Assembly (NCBI GenBank): GCA_964106645.2 | Contig: OZ067044.1 | Origin: Podarcis pityusensis | Taxonomy: Eukaryota | Direction: 5' to 3' (one strand) | DNA length: 64,000 nucleotides | Shown here: in pieces, positions 1 to 13,171 of the stretch | How positions within the stretch are numbered: position 1 is the first letter of the stretch | How the letters are laid out: each line of letters starts with the position of its first letter | Position numbers and translations under genes: made by a program | The notes under the pieces: generated by a model | The model's database searches: none | Told to the model about the DNA's origin: nothing | The model's input: the letters and a program-made list of their open reading frames with translations, nothing else

Positions 1-598
1 CATACACTACAGAACAACACTTGCACCAGTGGAAAGCTCTGCTGGCATTGATGTTCTACCAGCATTGGTGCTCCATCAGCAATGTTTGACCAGGAGAGAG
101 GAGGGAAGCGGATAGTGCCGTGGGTAGGTGTAGGCATGATACAAAGCCCCTTTGTTTCCCTAGCATGGTTGCAGTAAAGTTCATTTAACTATGGGGCTGG
201 CACAGTTCATTCCCTTCTATTTTAGTCAGTGGAGGTAAGATTCCCATAGGGAATTGGATGTGGCAGTCTCTGTGCAAACAGATCTCCAGGATATTTCACC
301 TTATCCCCAAACAGAGTATAAACGCGAGTTAGGATTGCTATGCTCATTGCTTATGTGGTAGCATGCAGTTAACAACTAGAAATACTAAGAAGCAGAAACT
401 GAATGCCACTCTGAATATGAGCAGGCTTTTGGAAGAAAAGGAATATATTATGCTGTGTTATTATCTGTGTTGGAAAAGCGTGCAACCCAACTCTCTGATC
501 CATTGCACTGGAGGGAGCTGGATGGGCCAAGGCCTCCCTCTGCCTAGACCAGAATCAATAGGGTGGCAGCTCATTTGTTTCCCATGCACTCTCTAGCA

Positions 599-732
599 CA
601 GGCATGTCCAAAGTCCATTTCAGGGGCCTAATCCGGCCCCTGGGGTAAAAGCCTAAAAAAAGCTTAACAACTTTGGTCGGCCCTCCCTCACGGCCCTTCA
701 CTTCATCAAATCTGGCCCTCTGGACACCACTG
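599..732. mobile_element. hAT-family MITE
   Basis: 8-bp TSD CTCTAGCA at 591-598 and 733-740, ends CAGGCATGTCCA...TGGACACCACTG. Confidence 0.78.
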
Positions 733-1711
733 CTCTAGCATAAAATTCCAGGTCTCCTAAAGCTACCAGGCAAGTTGTTAATTACAGGGGTGGGGTAGAA
801 TCACACATACATACATTCAAAAACATTGGAGGGAGTACTGAAACGGGTTGGGGAAAAGGCCATCATTTTTGTCCTATCTCATGAATTCAAGGTGAGTTTA
901 TAATATATTCTTAATTTTCTTTTTCACATTCCTGTGTAATATGTTAAGCTTGACAGTAACTTGCCTAAAGCTACGCAGATGAATGTTATGGCTCAGCAGA
1001 GATTTGAACCTGGATCTTCCATGACCAAATCTGGCAACCGTTTGTGGGTGGGGGGGATGTATTTTCCTATTGGGAAAAGTATAAGTTATTTGTGATTTCT
1101 TAACTCTGGCAATGTGTTTGTGGGAGGTATTGCGAACTCAATATTTTTGCTCACTAAGGAACAATGGCCTCAGTAAATAGGAAAGGGTTGACAAAGGACT
1201 GGAGAATGTATCAAGAGCTAAAAGTCTGTAGCCCATTTGTTTAGTTTGTGTGGATGCAATTAATATTATTATTTTGAATTACATGAATATAGTGGATGCC
1301 CGAACACGTCTGATGGGTTTGTTCTATTCCTTCTGCATTCCATTTGTGCAATTTCCAGTGTGACTGGAAGGAGTGGTTCTTAGGCTGATCATCAGATTGG
1401 GATCTCAGTCTACACTTAACTCAGTAACAAAAATGTATATGGTGTAAAAGAGCCGACGATTTTAGGTGGTACTCTGTTAATGTGTGGAAATGTGATGCTT
1501 TCTCACATGCCATGCTCTTGGAGCCCTAGCCATTACTAGCTCCATTCCATTTCTTATTTGTTAGCTTATATTTATTTCTTATTTTTAAATTTTTGAATCT
1601 CCTTCCATATAAGTCTCAGGGTGATTTCCAATCATACAATAAGAACAGGTTTAAAAAGCAATTGAGAAAAACAAATTAAAATTAAAACATTTTTTGAAAA
1701 AAATTCCCTAT

Positions 1712-1934
1712 TTATTATTATATTTATAACCCATCCTTCCTCCAAGGAGTCAAGGTGGCATACAAAAATATGGTTCTTCCACTCCCCATTCTATCTTCAC
1801 AACAACTCTGTGGAGTAGGATAGACTGAGAGACAGTGACTGGCTCAAGGTTGCCCTGTGATCTTCATGGCTGCATGAGGATTTGAACCCTGGCCTCCCAG
1901 GTCACAGTCCAGTGCTTTAGCCACTACACCACAC
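1712..1934 (-). mobile_element. Older tRNA-derived (MIR-like) SINE
   Basis: Minus strand GTGTGGTGTAGTGGCTAAAGCACTGGAC (A box)...GGGTTCAAATCC (B box), A-rich tail. Confidence 0.7.
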
Positions 1935-2360
1935 AGTACAAATATACACCCAAGGCTGAGCCTTCCCCGCATCCAGCTGAAGAAGCTTGCCTCTTACACT
2001 CTTAAAGAGTGTAGACCAGAAAAGTGGCAATCTTTCTATGAAATTGCAAAGTTTCATCAAGGGGAGGCAGGCTCTGCAACCTAACTTGTGCATTCAGTAT
2101 TGCTCACTCCTGATTCTCTGTGACTCTTGGTTCAGCCGTGTAGCTTACCACTTGGCTACTTGCCTTGGGATAAGCTGCAATTCCTCCAGGCCATGATCAG
2201 TCCAAGTAGTACGCTCTACCTGTCACCTTTCCTACAACAATAGAATTTGATTGTTTCCTGGGCTTAGGAAACACTAGCATTTGTAGCCCAACTCTCTGTC
2301 ATCTTCACTGATAGCACTTGTTTTAACCTCCTGCACACACACTTCATGTTTTAACCTCCT

Positions 2361-2382
2361 ACACACACACACACACACACAC
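2361..2382. repeat. (AC)n microsatellite
   Basis: Direct reading. Preceded by a short tandem duplication of TGTTTTAACCTCCT. Confidence 0.9.
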
Positions 2383-2887
2383 GAGTATTCAACCATTGTA
2401 GTACTCCATTATGTCCTTGAAGCACAGATCCACGGCAGAACTATAGAGGCTGCCTTAAGCCAGAAAAGAGAGAATGCAGCTGGCAGCTGCCACACTGCCA
2501 TTCCCTAGTTATGGGAGTGGGGTGAAAAATTCAGCAAAGTCAGAGTGACTCAGTCCTAATTTGCAAGGCTTTGCGGGGGGTGGTCTTACTCTGTTCAAAT
2601 GTTTGGTTTCCCTACATTAATTGCATTGTTTTTATTCTTTGGCTGGGGCATAATTTTTTCCAGGATATGTCAGAATTGCCTGTGTACATATGGATTCATA
2701 GAATTTCATATTCAGTAAAGAAATCAGGTTGGTTGTAGAGGAAATTTAAATAAGACATTTTAAATAAATGTTGATCCGTTATCTGCAGTTTCAATAATTT
2801 TTAATTTGTTGTTTCTGCAGCTGTTGCTTTTATGCTTCATGTTTGAAATGACTTATCTGGGCATCTCTTAAATTTTCTGTGCTACAG

Positions 2888-4066
2888 GTGGCTTCGGGCG
2901 AATGCAACGAAGACACCGAGCTTTACAACATCACCCTCTGCACGGGAGACGAGCTGACGTTAATGGGGCAAGCGGAAATCCTCTATGCAAAATCTTCCAA
3001 GGAGAAGTCACGGCTCAACACCATCTTCAAGAAAATCGGGAAGCTCAATTCCATCAGCAAGCTGGGCAGAGGCAAGATGCCGTGCCTGATCTGCATGAAC
3101 CACAGGACCAACGAGAGCATCAGCCTTCCTTTCCAGTGCAAGGGCCGCTTCAGCACGCGCAGCCCCCTGGAGCTGCAGATGCAGGAGGGCGAACACACCA
3201 TTCGCAACATCGTGGAGAAGACGCGGCTGCCCGTGAATGTGACTGTGCCCAGCTCTCCGCCGCGAAACCCTTACGACCTGCATTTTGTCCGCGAGGGGCA
3301 CCGCTACAAGTTTGTCAACATTCAGACCAAGACTGTGGTGGTTTGCTGTGCGCTGCACAGCAACAAAATCATTCCCATGCACTTCCCTTTGCATTTGGCT
3401 CTTCCAAAGTTCACGCTCCCCGAAAGCCTTGTGAAAGGGGAGGTGGGTCACGAAGCCTTTGTCAAGCACTGGTTCAGTCTCTGCCAAGAGCAGTTTGACA
3501 TAGACGAGTATTCCCGTGGCGTGAGAGATGTGAAAGCCGACTGGAATGAAGAGTGCAAAAGTCCGCAGAAAGCCCGGCCCCACAGCCACAACCACATGCC
3601 AAACTCTCTTAGCTACGCTCGGGACGAGTTGACGCAATCCTTCCACCGCCTCTCGGTTTGTGTTTATGGAAACAACCTCCATGGAAATAGTGAGGTGAAC
3701 CTTCACGGCTGCAGGGACTTGTGCAATGAGTGGGCTTTATTCTCCCATGATGCCCTGCAGTGCCAGGACTCTGGCGATGGCAGCAGCGACTACCTGTTCC
3801 CTGAAGTTTGTGAAGAATCGTTGTGTTTACCTACCAAACCGGAACTTCCTTATGAGGAACTGTGGCTGGACCAGGGGGGTGGGAAAATGAATGATCAGCC
3901 TTTCACTCGCTCACAAAGTGAGAAGAACAAATGTGACAGCTATAGGAGTTCTTTCCGGTCCAAGTGTGGCAATTCTTCTCTTCCAGCACCTGGGCCTATA
4001 ACAGTAACATCAAAATCTCCAGAAGTTTCCCTACCTCCGCCACCTGTGCCTCCTAAATCAGAAGCA
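2888..4066 (+). CDS. GAREM1: GAREM1 (GRB2-associated regulator of MAPK1 / FAM59A), large internal coding exon (human exon 4 equivalent)
   Basis: Acceptor ctacag|GTG, donor GCA|gtaagt, 1179 nt, phase 0/0. Encodes VASGECNEDTELYNITLCTGDELTLMGQAEIL...ELPYEELW...PPPPVPPKSEA, recognisably GAREM1 (part of the CABIT region, tyrosine motif, start of the Pro-rich region). Upstream exons lie outside the window. Confidence 0.96.
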
Positions 4067-5109
4067 GTAAGTCATGGTCTTTCTTTTTTCTAATAAAGTG
4101 GGTGATGGTAGATCCAGATCATAAACTTTAAAGTGTTGATCTGGATAATGGGGTGAACTTGATTTCCTGACCCAGGATTGCAAGTCCTACTGTCATAATT
4201 GTGAATTCAGATGCTTTGGGATCCCCCAGATCTGCTGCAGAAAGAATTATTTCCTCAGTTGGCCCATACCCATTTCATAGTTCTTGAAGGCTTAAGTACA
4301 ATCCTGTATATATCTACTTAAAAGTATACCTCGCTGAGCTCAGTGGGTCTTACTCACAATAAGATGGGTATAGGATAGCAGCCTTGGTGTTCATTTCCCC
4401 CCCTCTAGAGTTTCCACTTTTCTAGATCGGTTTGGAAGTAAACCACATTTGAGAACAGGATTTTATTGCGTCCAATAAAAATGTATCCCTGTAGAGCATG
4501 CATTTTTCTGTGCATTGTGCAACTTCACATGTAAATTTGAATGGAGAAATGTTTTTTTGCTATGCAAAGAATTTTTGCCATTTTTAATGGTGAGATGAAA
4601 CTCGATGCTGAATGAATATGTCCTCCCAAGAACAAAAGGTTACCAACTTGGAACCTGCTTAATGCTCCTGGGGAAGAAGAAAAATGGAGAAACACTTGAG
4701 TGATGGAAATTGACTTAGCAAATTGAACAGGCAGGTTTTTTGGGGGTTTTTTAAAAAGGGGTCTCTATGTTGCAAACGGTAAGTATTCCATGTAATACTT
4801 TGCATCAAGGAACAGTATGATTAAAATTGCATTAGAGCTGAGCATATGTCTGGTGTATGGGTCAAAAAATAATATGCCCTGAATGGAAAAATCAGCAGTA
4901 GAAATCAATAAAATGGTGGAATTAAATAAAATATGGCGTAGAGATAGACAATGGTTTTAAGGAGTTAAGGGTCACTGGAGACTCTTTTTTGGCAGCGTAC
5001 GTGCATGTGTTGTTTTTTTTTGTCCCAACATTGACTCTCATCAGACAGATTTTCGAAAGTATGCATAATGCTACAAAACTGAGGTGAAAGTAAGAACAGA
5101 AAACTAGTC

Positions 5110-5617
5110 CAAAACTAGGTCTGGATCAGACCCTAAGCCCATCTAGGCCTACATCCTGCTTCCCACACTGAATAACCAATGCCTGTAGGAAGGCAGCAGG
5201 CAGGTCATGAGAACAATGGCTTTCTCCCACTGTTGTTCCCCAGTATGCTCCCTCTGATGCTGGAGCTAATATATAACCATCACGACTTGCAGCCATTGAT
5301 ATCCTATCCTGAATCTCCCACCATTTGGTGTCATTGGTTGGCTCCAGTTTTTAATATGAGGAGAGAAACCTTTTTCTCTATCCACTTCCCCCACACTAGT
5401 CTTTCTCCCTCTCTCATGTCCCTTCCAACTTGCCTTTTTTCAAAACTTAAAAGCCACAAATGTTATAGCCTTTCCTCATAGGGCAGTTATTCCAGCCCTG
5501 CACTCATTCGAGTTGCCTTTTCTTCATATTTTTCCAGCTCTACAATATCCTTTTTGAGAAGTGGCAACCAGAACTGTACACAGTATTCGAAGTGTGGCCA
5601 CACAATAAATTTGCCAT
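5110..5617 (-). mobile_element. CR1-type LINE 3' relic
   Basis: Typical reverse-strand CR1 text (CCAGCTCTACAATATCCTTTTTGAG...CCAGAACTGTACACAGTATTC). Interrupted by MITE copy 1. Boundaries approximate. Confidence 0.6.
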
Positions 5618-5619
5618 TA

Positions 5620-5861
5620 CAGTGGTACCTCAGGTTACATACGCTTCAGGTTACATATGCTTCAGGTTACAGACTCCGCTAACCCAGAAATAGTGCTTCA
5701 GGTGAAGAACTTTGCTTCAGGATGAGAACAGAAATCGTGATCGGGCGGCGTGGCAGCAGTGGGAGGCCCCATTAGCTAAAGTTGTGCTTCAGGTTAAGAA
5801 CAGTTTCAGGTTAAGAACAGACCTCCAGAACGAATTAAGTACTTAACCCGAGGTACCACTG
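5620..5861 (+). mobile_element. Tc1/mariner-type (Tigger-like) MITE, copy 1
   Basis: TA|CAGTGGTACCTCAGGTTA...TAACCCGAGGTACCACTG|TA: TIRs plus TA duplication. Inserted into a CR1 relic. Confidence 0.88.
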
Positions 5862-7933
5862 TATACCTGACATGGAATTTGCCTTTTATACAGGACACTG
5901 GGTAGGCATTTTCATTTAGCTATCCTCCACACTCTCAAAATCCATTAGGCATGTAGAAACTCTTAGACACATCAAAAATATTTCCCTGAATTATATAGCC
6001 ATGGTGTTGTAGCATATTGTTAGCCTAACTTTAGAAGTTATTTAAATATGCCTTGGTTTAATGAATACCAGTTGGTAGTCGCACGCTAAAAAAAATACAT
6101 GTTTCTGGAGGTAAAGGCATTTCTCTATATATTTGGTTTAATGCAGTAAGTAAGACTCTTGTTTATTCCTGGCACAATATTTACAGAGCATGTTTGCTTC
6201 ATTTGTTACTGCTGAGGATACATTTTTTACTCTTAAAGCTTCAAAACAGTGCCCTATGGAGCCTTTCTTGGTACAGGACGGTCTTCTGGGTTGAAGTTCT
6301 CTCTAGGACTGAGCTACTTCTTCACAATGAATATGTAGACAACATTTTATCGCACTTTATAAAAGCATTATTATTGCTCTGCATACCATACTGATGCTTG
6401 AGTCGGAATTTAATCAATTTATTGCAATCTAGGGGGCAACACTGAAAGCTCATTGGTGCTATGGCTGAATTCAGTAACAGCCACAAAAGAAAAATCATTT
6501 AGATTTTTTTGCTTGGGAATTGAAGGCCTCTTTAAAGATTAGCTCCTCACATGGAGGTCATCAAAGTGCTATCCTCTGGCCCCTCACTTCTACTCAGTTG
6601 ACACAGCATTGCCTTGACCACTGTACAGCTAGTACCTCTGTACCCACACCGGTCACCCCTATTATTCTGATGCCCTGCCACAGGTGGGATAAATTGGTCT
6701 TTGCCAGGAGTTTCCACTTTGTATTGTTTTAGTTTTACTATCTCTGCTTTTTGTGTTTTAAGCTCTGTTTTGGTGTTTTAATTGTACATCACCTTGATGT
6801 GTAGAAGGTGATTAATAAATTGATGACGATGATGCATAGCTGCTTGCACAATGGCAGGTCTAGTGCTGCATTCTGGATACATAAAACATTGTAATATCTT
6901 GAAATAAGCATTAAAAATCAAAGCCTTGTATTCACTGTTAGTATTCACAGAGGGAGAAATTCTCCCATTGTTGTAGTATGCTATCTTGCACCTTTTAAAA
7001 AAACAAAACAAACAACTTACAGTTACAAAACCTGCAATCACAACATTGAAGGGTAGTTACAACCGAAATGTGCAGACTGTCTTGCCTGGTTTTTAAAACA
7101 CCAGTTTTAAAACGCTTGCAGTTTTCTGTGATAGCAACTCTAAATGATTTCCCATTTCCTACTGGGTAGTTGCATATTTTAATATTTTACCATGGCTTCT
7201 AGTTATGGAAGAAGAGGTTCTCCTTCACTCTAGTCTCCTCTTCAGACGTTTCTTGCTCACATAGGTAGACTGTTTGTATATGGGCACATGACCAAAGTAA
7301 GCTGGGTCCAGTAACATCTGTACCAGCTCATGCAATCCTTCAGTGGCTACCATATGCCCTCTGCTGGCAGCAGATAAGTAGACAGGCTATGCTTTCTATA
7401 TGAATACATATCTGCTACTAAGAAGGCAATAACATTGTATTCCATTACTCAGGGTTTGCTTGTTTTTAACCACCTTTGTGGGCATTGCAGGATGAATACC
7501 ACTCCTATTCCTCTTGTTTTGTGATCCTTAAAAAACTGGGACCTGAGCTGATGCATCTACCTCTGATTCCGATGAGGTTACCCACCTGGACTCTCAAGCC
7601 TTGTCTTAAATTCTTGCACACCAGGTGTGATGCGGGGGTGAAGAAAAAGAGCTGGGAAGTCACCCAGGAAATCCAGATCTTGCTTGATCAGTGCACTCAC
7701 TAGGTGGGCTTAAGCAAGTCATTCTCTCTCAGCTTCTGTTCTGCATCTGTAGTAAGTACTGACCTGCTTTACAGGAGTGCTTTTTTCTGGGGGTACTCAA
7801 GGGTACACAGTACCTTTTTTATAGAAGAAAAGCACTGTTTACAGGGTTTCTGTATGGATTGCTGGTTACTTATGCGGTGTGCTTTGAACATACTAAAGTT
7901 CTGCCGAATGATAAAGTTTTATTTCCCTCCTAG

Positions 7934-8101
<168 letters not shown>

Positions 8102-8296
8102 TAAGTATGGAACACTTCTGGCTCTCGGCCTTCTCTTGTTCATGAATGCTTACAGTAACTGTGGAGAACATCCTTCCAAGTTATTTCTTCAAACAGTTTT
8201 GTGCAAAGTTTCCCTGTAATAACTATACATTTAATAGGTAAGGTAATTTAGCCTCTTGTCTTAATAGATACCTTTGGGTTTTCCTTACAGCTTAAA

Positions 8297-8522
8297 CAGT
8301 GGTACTTCGGGTTAAGTACTTAATTCGTTCCGGAGGTCCATACTTAACCTGAAACTGTTCTTAACCTGAAGCACCACTTTAACTAATGGGGCCTCCTGCT
8401 GCCACCGTGCCGCCAGAGCACAATTTCTGTTCTCATCCTGAAGCATAGTTCTTCACCTGAAGCACTATTTCTGGGTTAGCGGAGTCTGTAACCTGAAACG
8501 TATGTAACCCAAAGTACCACTG
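8297..8522 (-). mobile_element. Same MITE family, copy 2 (inverted relative to copy 1)
   Basis: CAGTGGTACTTCGGGTTAAGTACTTAATTCG...AAAGTACCACTG|TA, reverse complement of copy 1. Confidence 0.87.
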
Positions 8523-9311
8523 TATAAGGGAACAGTCACTGAAGTGGATTACTCCAGCCATTTAAAAAAACAACCCAACTCATTAGGGAATTCCAAATTA
8601 CTGTAACAAGAAATCCCTGCAGTTTTGCACTGTGCTTTGAAAATTGGTCCACATGTAGATGGGCATACTATGGATTGTGAGGCACTGGATATTAATGTCA
8701 AAGGAAGCATTACAGTGCACTGTCATAGAGCACATGTTTTGCAAGTTCAGTCCCTTAGAATGAACATGAGAATTATCTCTCATATCTTTCTAGATCCTTC
8801 TACCTACTAGGTTTAAGGTACAGGGGCCAGACATCTGTTCTTTATTAAATTAGCAGAGTCCAGATTTCATTATTTCAGTTCAGAATACACAGTGTACCAC
8901 CCTATTTCCCCCTATACATTTAGTCTAACATGCAATGTTAGATAACTTCGCAAGCTTTACTGGCATGATGAAAAGTGATTTTAAAAAACTTCCCATTGGT
9001 CTATAGCAGCAAGCTTAATCAATGTGGTGCCCTCCACTTAAGTGAACAAATTTGCTTAGAAATTACAAAATAATTGTCAGTACACTTAACTGCTTTTCAG
9101 GGAATGTGGGTGTTGTTTGGCTTTGCATGTCTCCCCCCAAGTCTAATTCCTGTGTTTGAATTTGTGATGTGCAAACAGTTCTGCAGAAGGGAAATTGTAT
9201 AAAGACACTGACCGTCATCTTGACATAATGTAAGGCAAAGTAATAGCTTTCTCACATGACCACCAAGTACCAAAGTAATTATCTTTTTGCTTATCTTTAA
9301 AAAAAAAAAAG

Positions 9312-10224
9312 CAATGCTGCAGAAGGAGAAGCTGAGTCTGCCTCCGAGAGTGCTCCTGTTGCTTGCTATCCGTGCAGCACAGTGAAGGCTGACCTACACG
9401 ATTTTGGCAACCTACTGCCTTTTGGAAGCCCCTCTGCTGATGCTCTGTCCTCCAGGCTGTCGTGGCCAAATCATTGTTCCGGAGCTGCTGAAGGCCTTAA
9501 CAGGGGTGAATTTCTATTGGACCCAAGCAGGAGTTACAGTTATCCAAGACAGAAGACTCCTGGCACACCAAAGAGAAACTGCCCAGCAACTTTTACATTT
9601 GACTTGGATAGAAGTGAATTTCCTGTAGGGGACACCCTACCAGCTGCAGCAGAACCTGGTTGTGCAGTGCCCACTTGCCCAAAGTCGGCGAGTTACTCTC
9701 TCGAGTGCACCAATGAGAAGAGCCTGGCAGTCAGTAGCACACCGCAGTCTCTCTCGTGTCCTGCCTTACCCCCTCGTGCACCAAAAGCGGCAGATGAGAA
9801 GCCCGGCCTTGACTTGTGTCCACTGCCTTTCAGAATAGATGGTGCGGAGGAAGAGCCGCAGGCAGGCTCGCCAGACCTTTCTGAAGATCAGTACCTTGGC
9901 AAAAAGGGCATGCAAGACATCTTTGCCATCCCTTATCCTTTCTCATCTCCCCTCCACCTTCAGCTAGCACCAAGGTCCTGCGGCGACGGCTCTCCTTGGC
10001 AGCCCCCTGTGGATCTGTCTGGACTTTCAATAGAGGAAGTTTCTAAATCTCTGAGGTTTATAGGTTTATCTGAGGATGTCATATCCTTTTTCGTTACAGA
10101 GAAGATTGACGGCAACTTGCTTGTTCAGCTCAATGAAGAGATCCTTTTGGAGGACTTCAAGCTAAGCAAGTTGCAGGTTAAGAAAATACTGCAGTTCATT
10201 AACGGCTGGCGACCTAAAATGTAG
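9312..10224 (+). CDS. GAREM1: GAREM1 last coding exon including C-terminal SAM domain and stop
   Basis: Acceptor aaag|C completes AT|C (Ile). Reads NAAEGEAESASESAPVACYPC...SRSYSYPRQKTPGTPKRNCP...LSIEEVSKSLRFIGLSEDVISFFVTEKIDGNLLVQL...FINGWRPKM*, TAG at 10222-10224. Confidence 0.93.
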
Positions 10225-10585
10225 TGCTACGAAGCCGGTGCAATAAAACTCAGAGAGAGGTGTGCCAGAAGCACCGGGGCTAACACACAGTCTCTCGTTT
10301 TTGTTTTTGCACTAAAATCCTCTGTTGCTCTTATGTAAATATAGTAGCAGGAAAAAAACATTCTTACTATGCAGATATTCTGAGTGGTGAGCAGACTCTT
10401 TTGTACATAGTAGAAACAGGGAGGTGTGCCTTGTGCATCCCTGAACATTCAGAAGCTGCTAAACAGTGGGCTTTAAAGGGAATTTAATTTGTACTCAGTG
10501 TAGTCTATTAAGACATTATATTTATTATTATTGATTAGGCAAAGCTGAACAGCACACAAATCACCTTGATTTTTGTGTGTTTACC

Positions 10586-10591
10586 AATAAA
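10586..10591 (+). terminator. Candidate proximal polyadenylation signal of GAREM1
   Basis: AATAAA about 360 nt after the stop, followed by a U/GU-rich tract (gttttttgttttgttttttg). Confidence 0.45.
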
Positions 10592-13035
10592 TGTATTTCC
10601 TCTTGGGGGGTTTTTTGTTTTTGTTTTTTGTATTCTGATGGCTGCATACCTTGCCTTCAGTTCTGATTTATCCAGTGGTTAGTGTCCTTCTCCCGCTCGT
10701 TCTAATTGTTGGGATAGCATTCCGTTTATATGTGGGTTGTGATTAGAACCCTTTTCTGAATGAATCCATCTTCCAGAAGGAAATTCAAACCGCAAAAAAA
10801 AACCGACAAAGAATTTAGTAGCTTCGCGTCACCTCCAGATGAGTGCAAATTTCTCATTGAAAAGGCAATACAAGTTCACCACTTATTTCTCTGCCTAGTT
10901 GAAAACAGGGTTGGTTTTTATAGAGTTGTTGGCCTTTAGGAGAGCAATACTTACTGGTAATCCTCTGCTCTTAAATCTCTTGTGAGCTGTCACTGCCCTG
11001 CTCACACATGCATTGTTTTCCTTTCTGCCTTGTTATCCACCTGTGGCCTCTCTTTCTGCTCAGTTATAATTTACAGGGCGAGGAGGGGAAAAGAGAGGTA
11101 GCAAAAAACACATTCAGCTTCTACACACATGTATTTATATAGGCGCAATGATCTACGAACGCAGCATAATTTTCAAATAGCACTTGAGGGAGAAGGAAGG
11201 CCTTGGTCTTTCATATAGCTCTGTGGGAAGGGCAGGATTTGGGGTAGTTCAGCCCAAACAGTTTAGAAGTCATAGCCCTACCAATCTACTTCTCAGAATG
11301 GCCCCAGTTTGATTTACCATCGTACTGTTTCCCTTAGAAACTGTCGCAATCAAGGCAGGTATTCTTTTTTACCCAGTCGAGTTCTCTTGCATAGCAGATA
11401 ACAGATACAGAAAGGGAGAGAATAAGCATAGGTTCCTTTCAGTGTTGGGGAGCAAAGGGGTTCTGAAATGCAGAAATGTGCTGTTCTGAAATGTGCTCTT
11501 TGTTTTACAGAATTTATTTTGGAAAAGGTTTTGTATTAGAGAAACAAAGAAAGATTTGGATTTCAAATGTGATTGAAACTACTTTGCATTCAATCTGAGC
11601 AAATTTTGATGGCTTGCATTAGTACAAATAACTGTTAGAGAACAATGCACCCATTGGCTTGGGTGTAAAATGCACACAAGGTGAGAATGATCTGCCTTGG
11701 AGTGCAAATTTTCAGGAAATAAGACACAGATGCAGCAGTTCAGTGGTTCATCCTAGATGCGTTGTATTGCTGCTGCTTCTCTAAGGTTTCTTAAAAAAAC
11801 CATAATTAGGAAAGAGTGAAACTTAAACACTAACCTAAATTAAACGTGTTCACATTTCCCAAAACTAAATCTAGTCTAATCAAAATTAAGCTGATTAAAT
11901 GATGATTAAAAAATGTTTATAGGAAGTAGAATAGTTGAGGTTACCCTCCTATTCTGGAAATAATATATGAATGTTTTAGGATCCTAATCTATGAAATGCA
12001 TTTGACTATTTAAAAAGTGGGGTGAGGAGAATGCAAACTTGGCCCACATGGTGTGTGATGTATTTACCTAGCCAGCCTGTTTTCATTATGCTAGACAACA
12101 AATACATCAAAGTCTTAGGAAGGGAATCCAGGTCTTAACACAACACTACTAATCCCATTGCTTATTCATAAGAGTTAAACAGCTAGGATAAAGGATTTCA
12201 TGTTTGTATTTAAAGCTTCCCCCCCCCCCCATCCAATCCTTAATGCAGTGTTTCTTAATGTGATATTTTCATTAATTTTTCTTCAGTTATCTTTGTTCAT
12301 TGGGAAAAAAATGACTTAGGAAGCTTACAGAAGACTGCATGCTGTAATTGTGGGAGAAAGCTGAAGAAAGTTCTTGCCATTAGGGGGGAGATTGTAAACT
12401 GCTTGATTTTTTTTTAAAAAACACACACTTTGGGAACTTGATTAAAAGTACTTTCTCCATACATGAGTAGACTAGTGTAGTTAGGTGGATTCTCATGTGA
12501 GGAGATGTCAGTGATGATCCCAGGAATTCTCATGATGTAATGTCCGTCATCCCCCGTATCTCATAGGATTGCAAGCACTTCAGTGGCCAAGTACAGCACT
12601 GGACTGCATTTGTATAGGAAGAAATTCTATGGGGAATAGCCTGTACTTTAACTTCAGTGGCCCAGTTCACATGGAATGCTAAACCATGGGATAACCCTAT
12701 GTGCACAATCTGGAATGAGCCAAAGTCTCTAGAGAACATCACCAGTACTTACTTTTATTTTCCCTTAATGTTGACTTGTTGTGTTATCCATAGTTCCTTT
12801 TTACTTACCGGTGCTTTTTTCTGGGGGTAATCAAGGTACACAGTACCAACACCTCTTTTTCTAAAAGCTTTTCTAGAAGAAAAGCACTGATAAGCACCAT
12901 GGTTTAGTGTTATGTGTGAACATGGCCAATGGTTTCCGTTGTAAGGTCAGTTAACGTAAGGAAATTAATGGAAGGAGAGTTTCCTGACTCTTCCTCCCCT
13001 TGCAGCCTCCTGTGCCCCACGAAAAGACTCTAGAG

Positions 13036-13171
13036 CAGGCATGGCCAAACTTGGGCCTCCAGCTGTTTTGGGGCTACAATTCCCATCATCCCCGACCCTT
13101 GGTCCTGTTAGCTAGGGATGATGGGAGTTGTAGTCGCAAAACAGCTGGAGGGCCAAGTTTTGCCATGCCTG
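13036..13171. mobile_element. Palindromic hAT-family MITE
   Basis: 8-bp TSD CTCTAGAG at 13028-13035 and 13172-13179, about 57-bp near-perfect inverted arms. Degenerate relatives at about 13916-14036, 15488-15626 and 62540-62620. Confidence 0.85.

Noticed and set aside
3008-3706. 232-aa antisense ORF
   Set aside because: Shadow of the GC3-rich GAREM1 exon, starts at a non-ATG codon, no recognisable domain.
2879-4093. ORF-track boundaries for GAREM1 (also 9382 start)
   Set aside because: These run through splice sites. True exon limits are 2888-4066 and 9312-10224.
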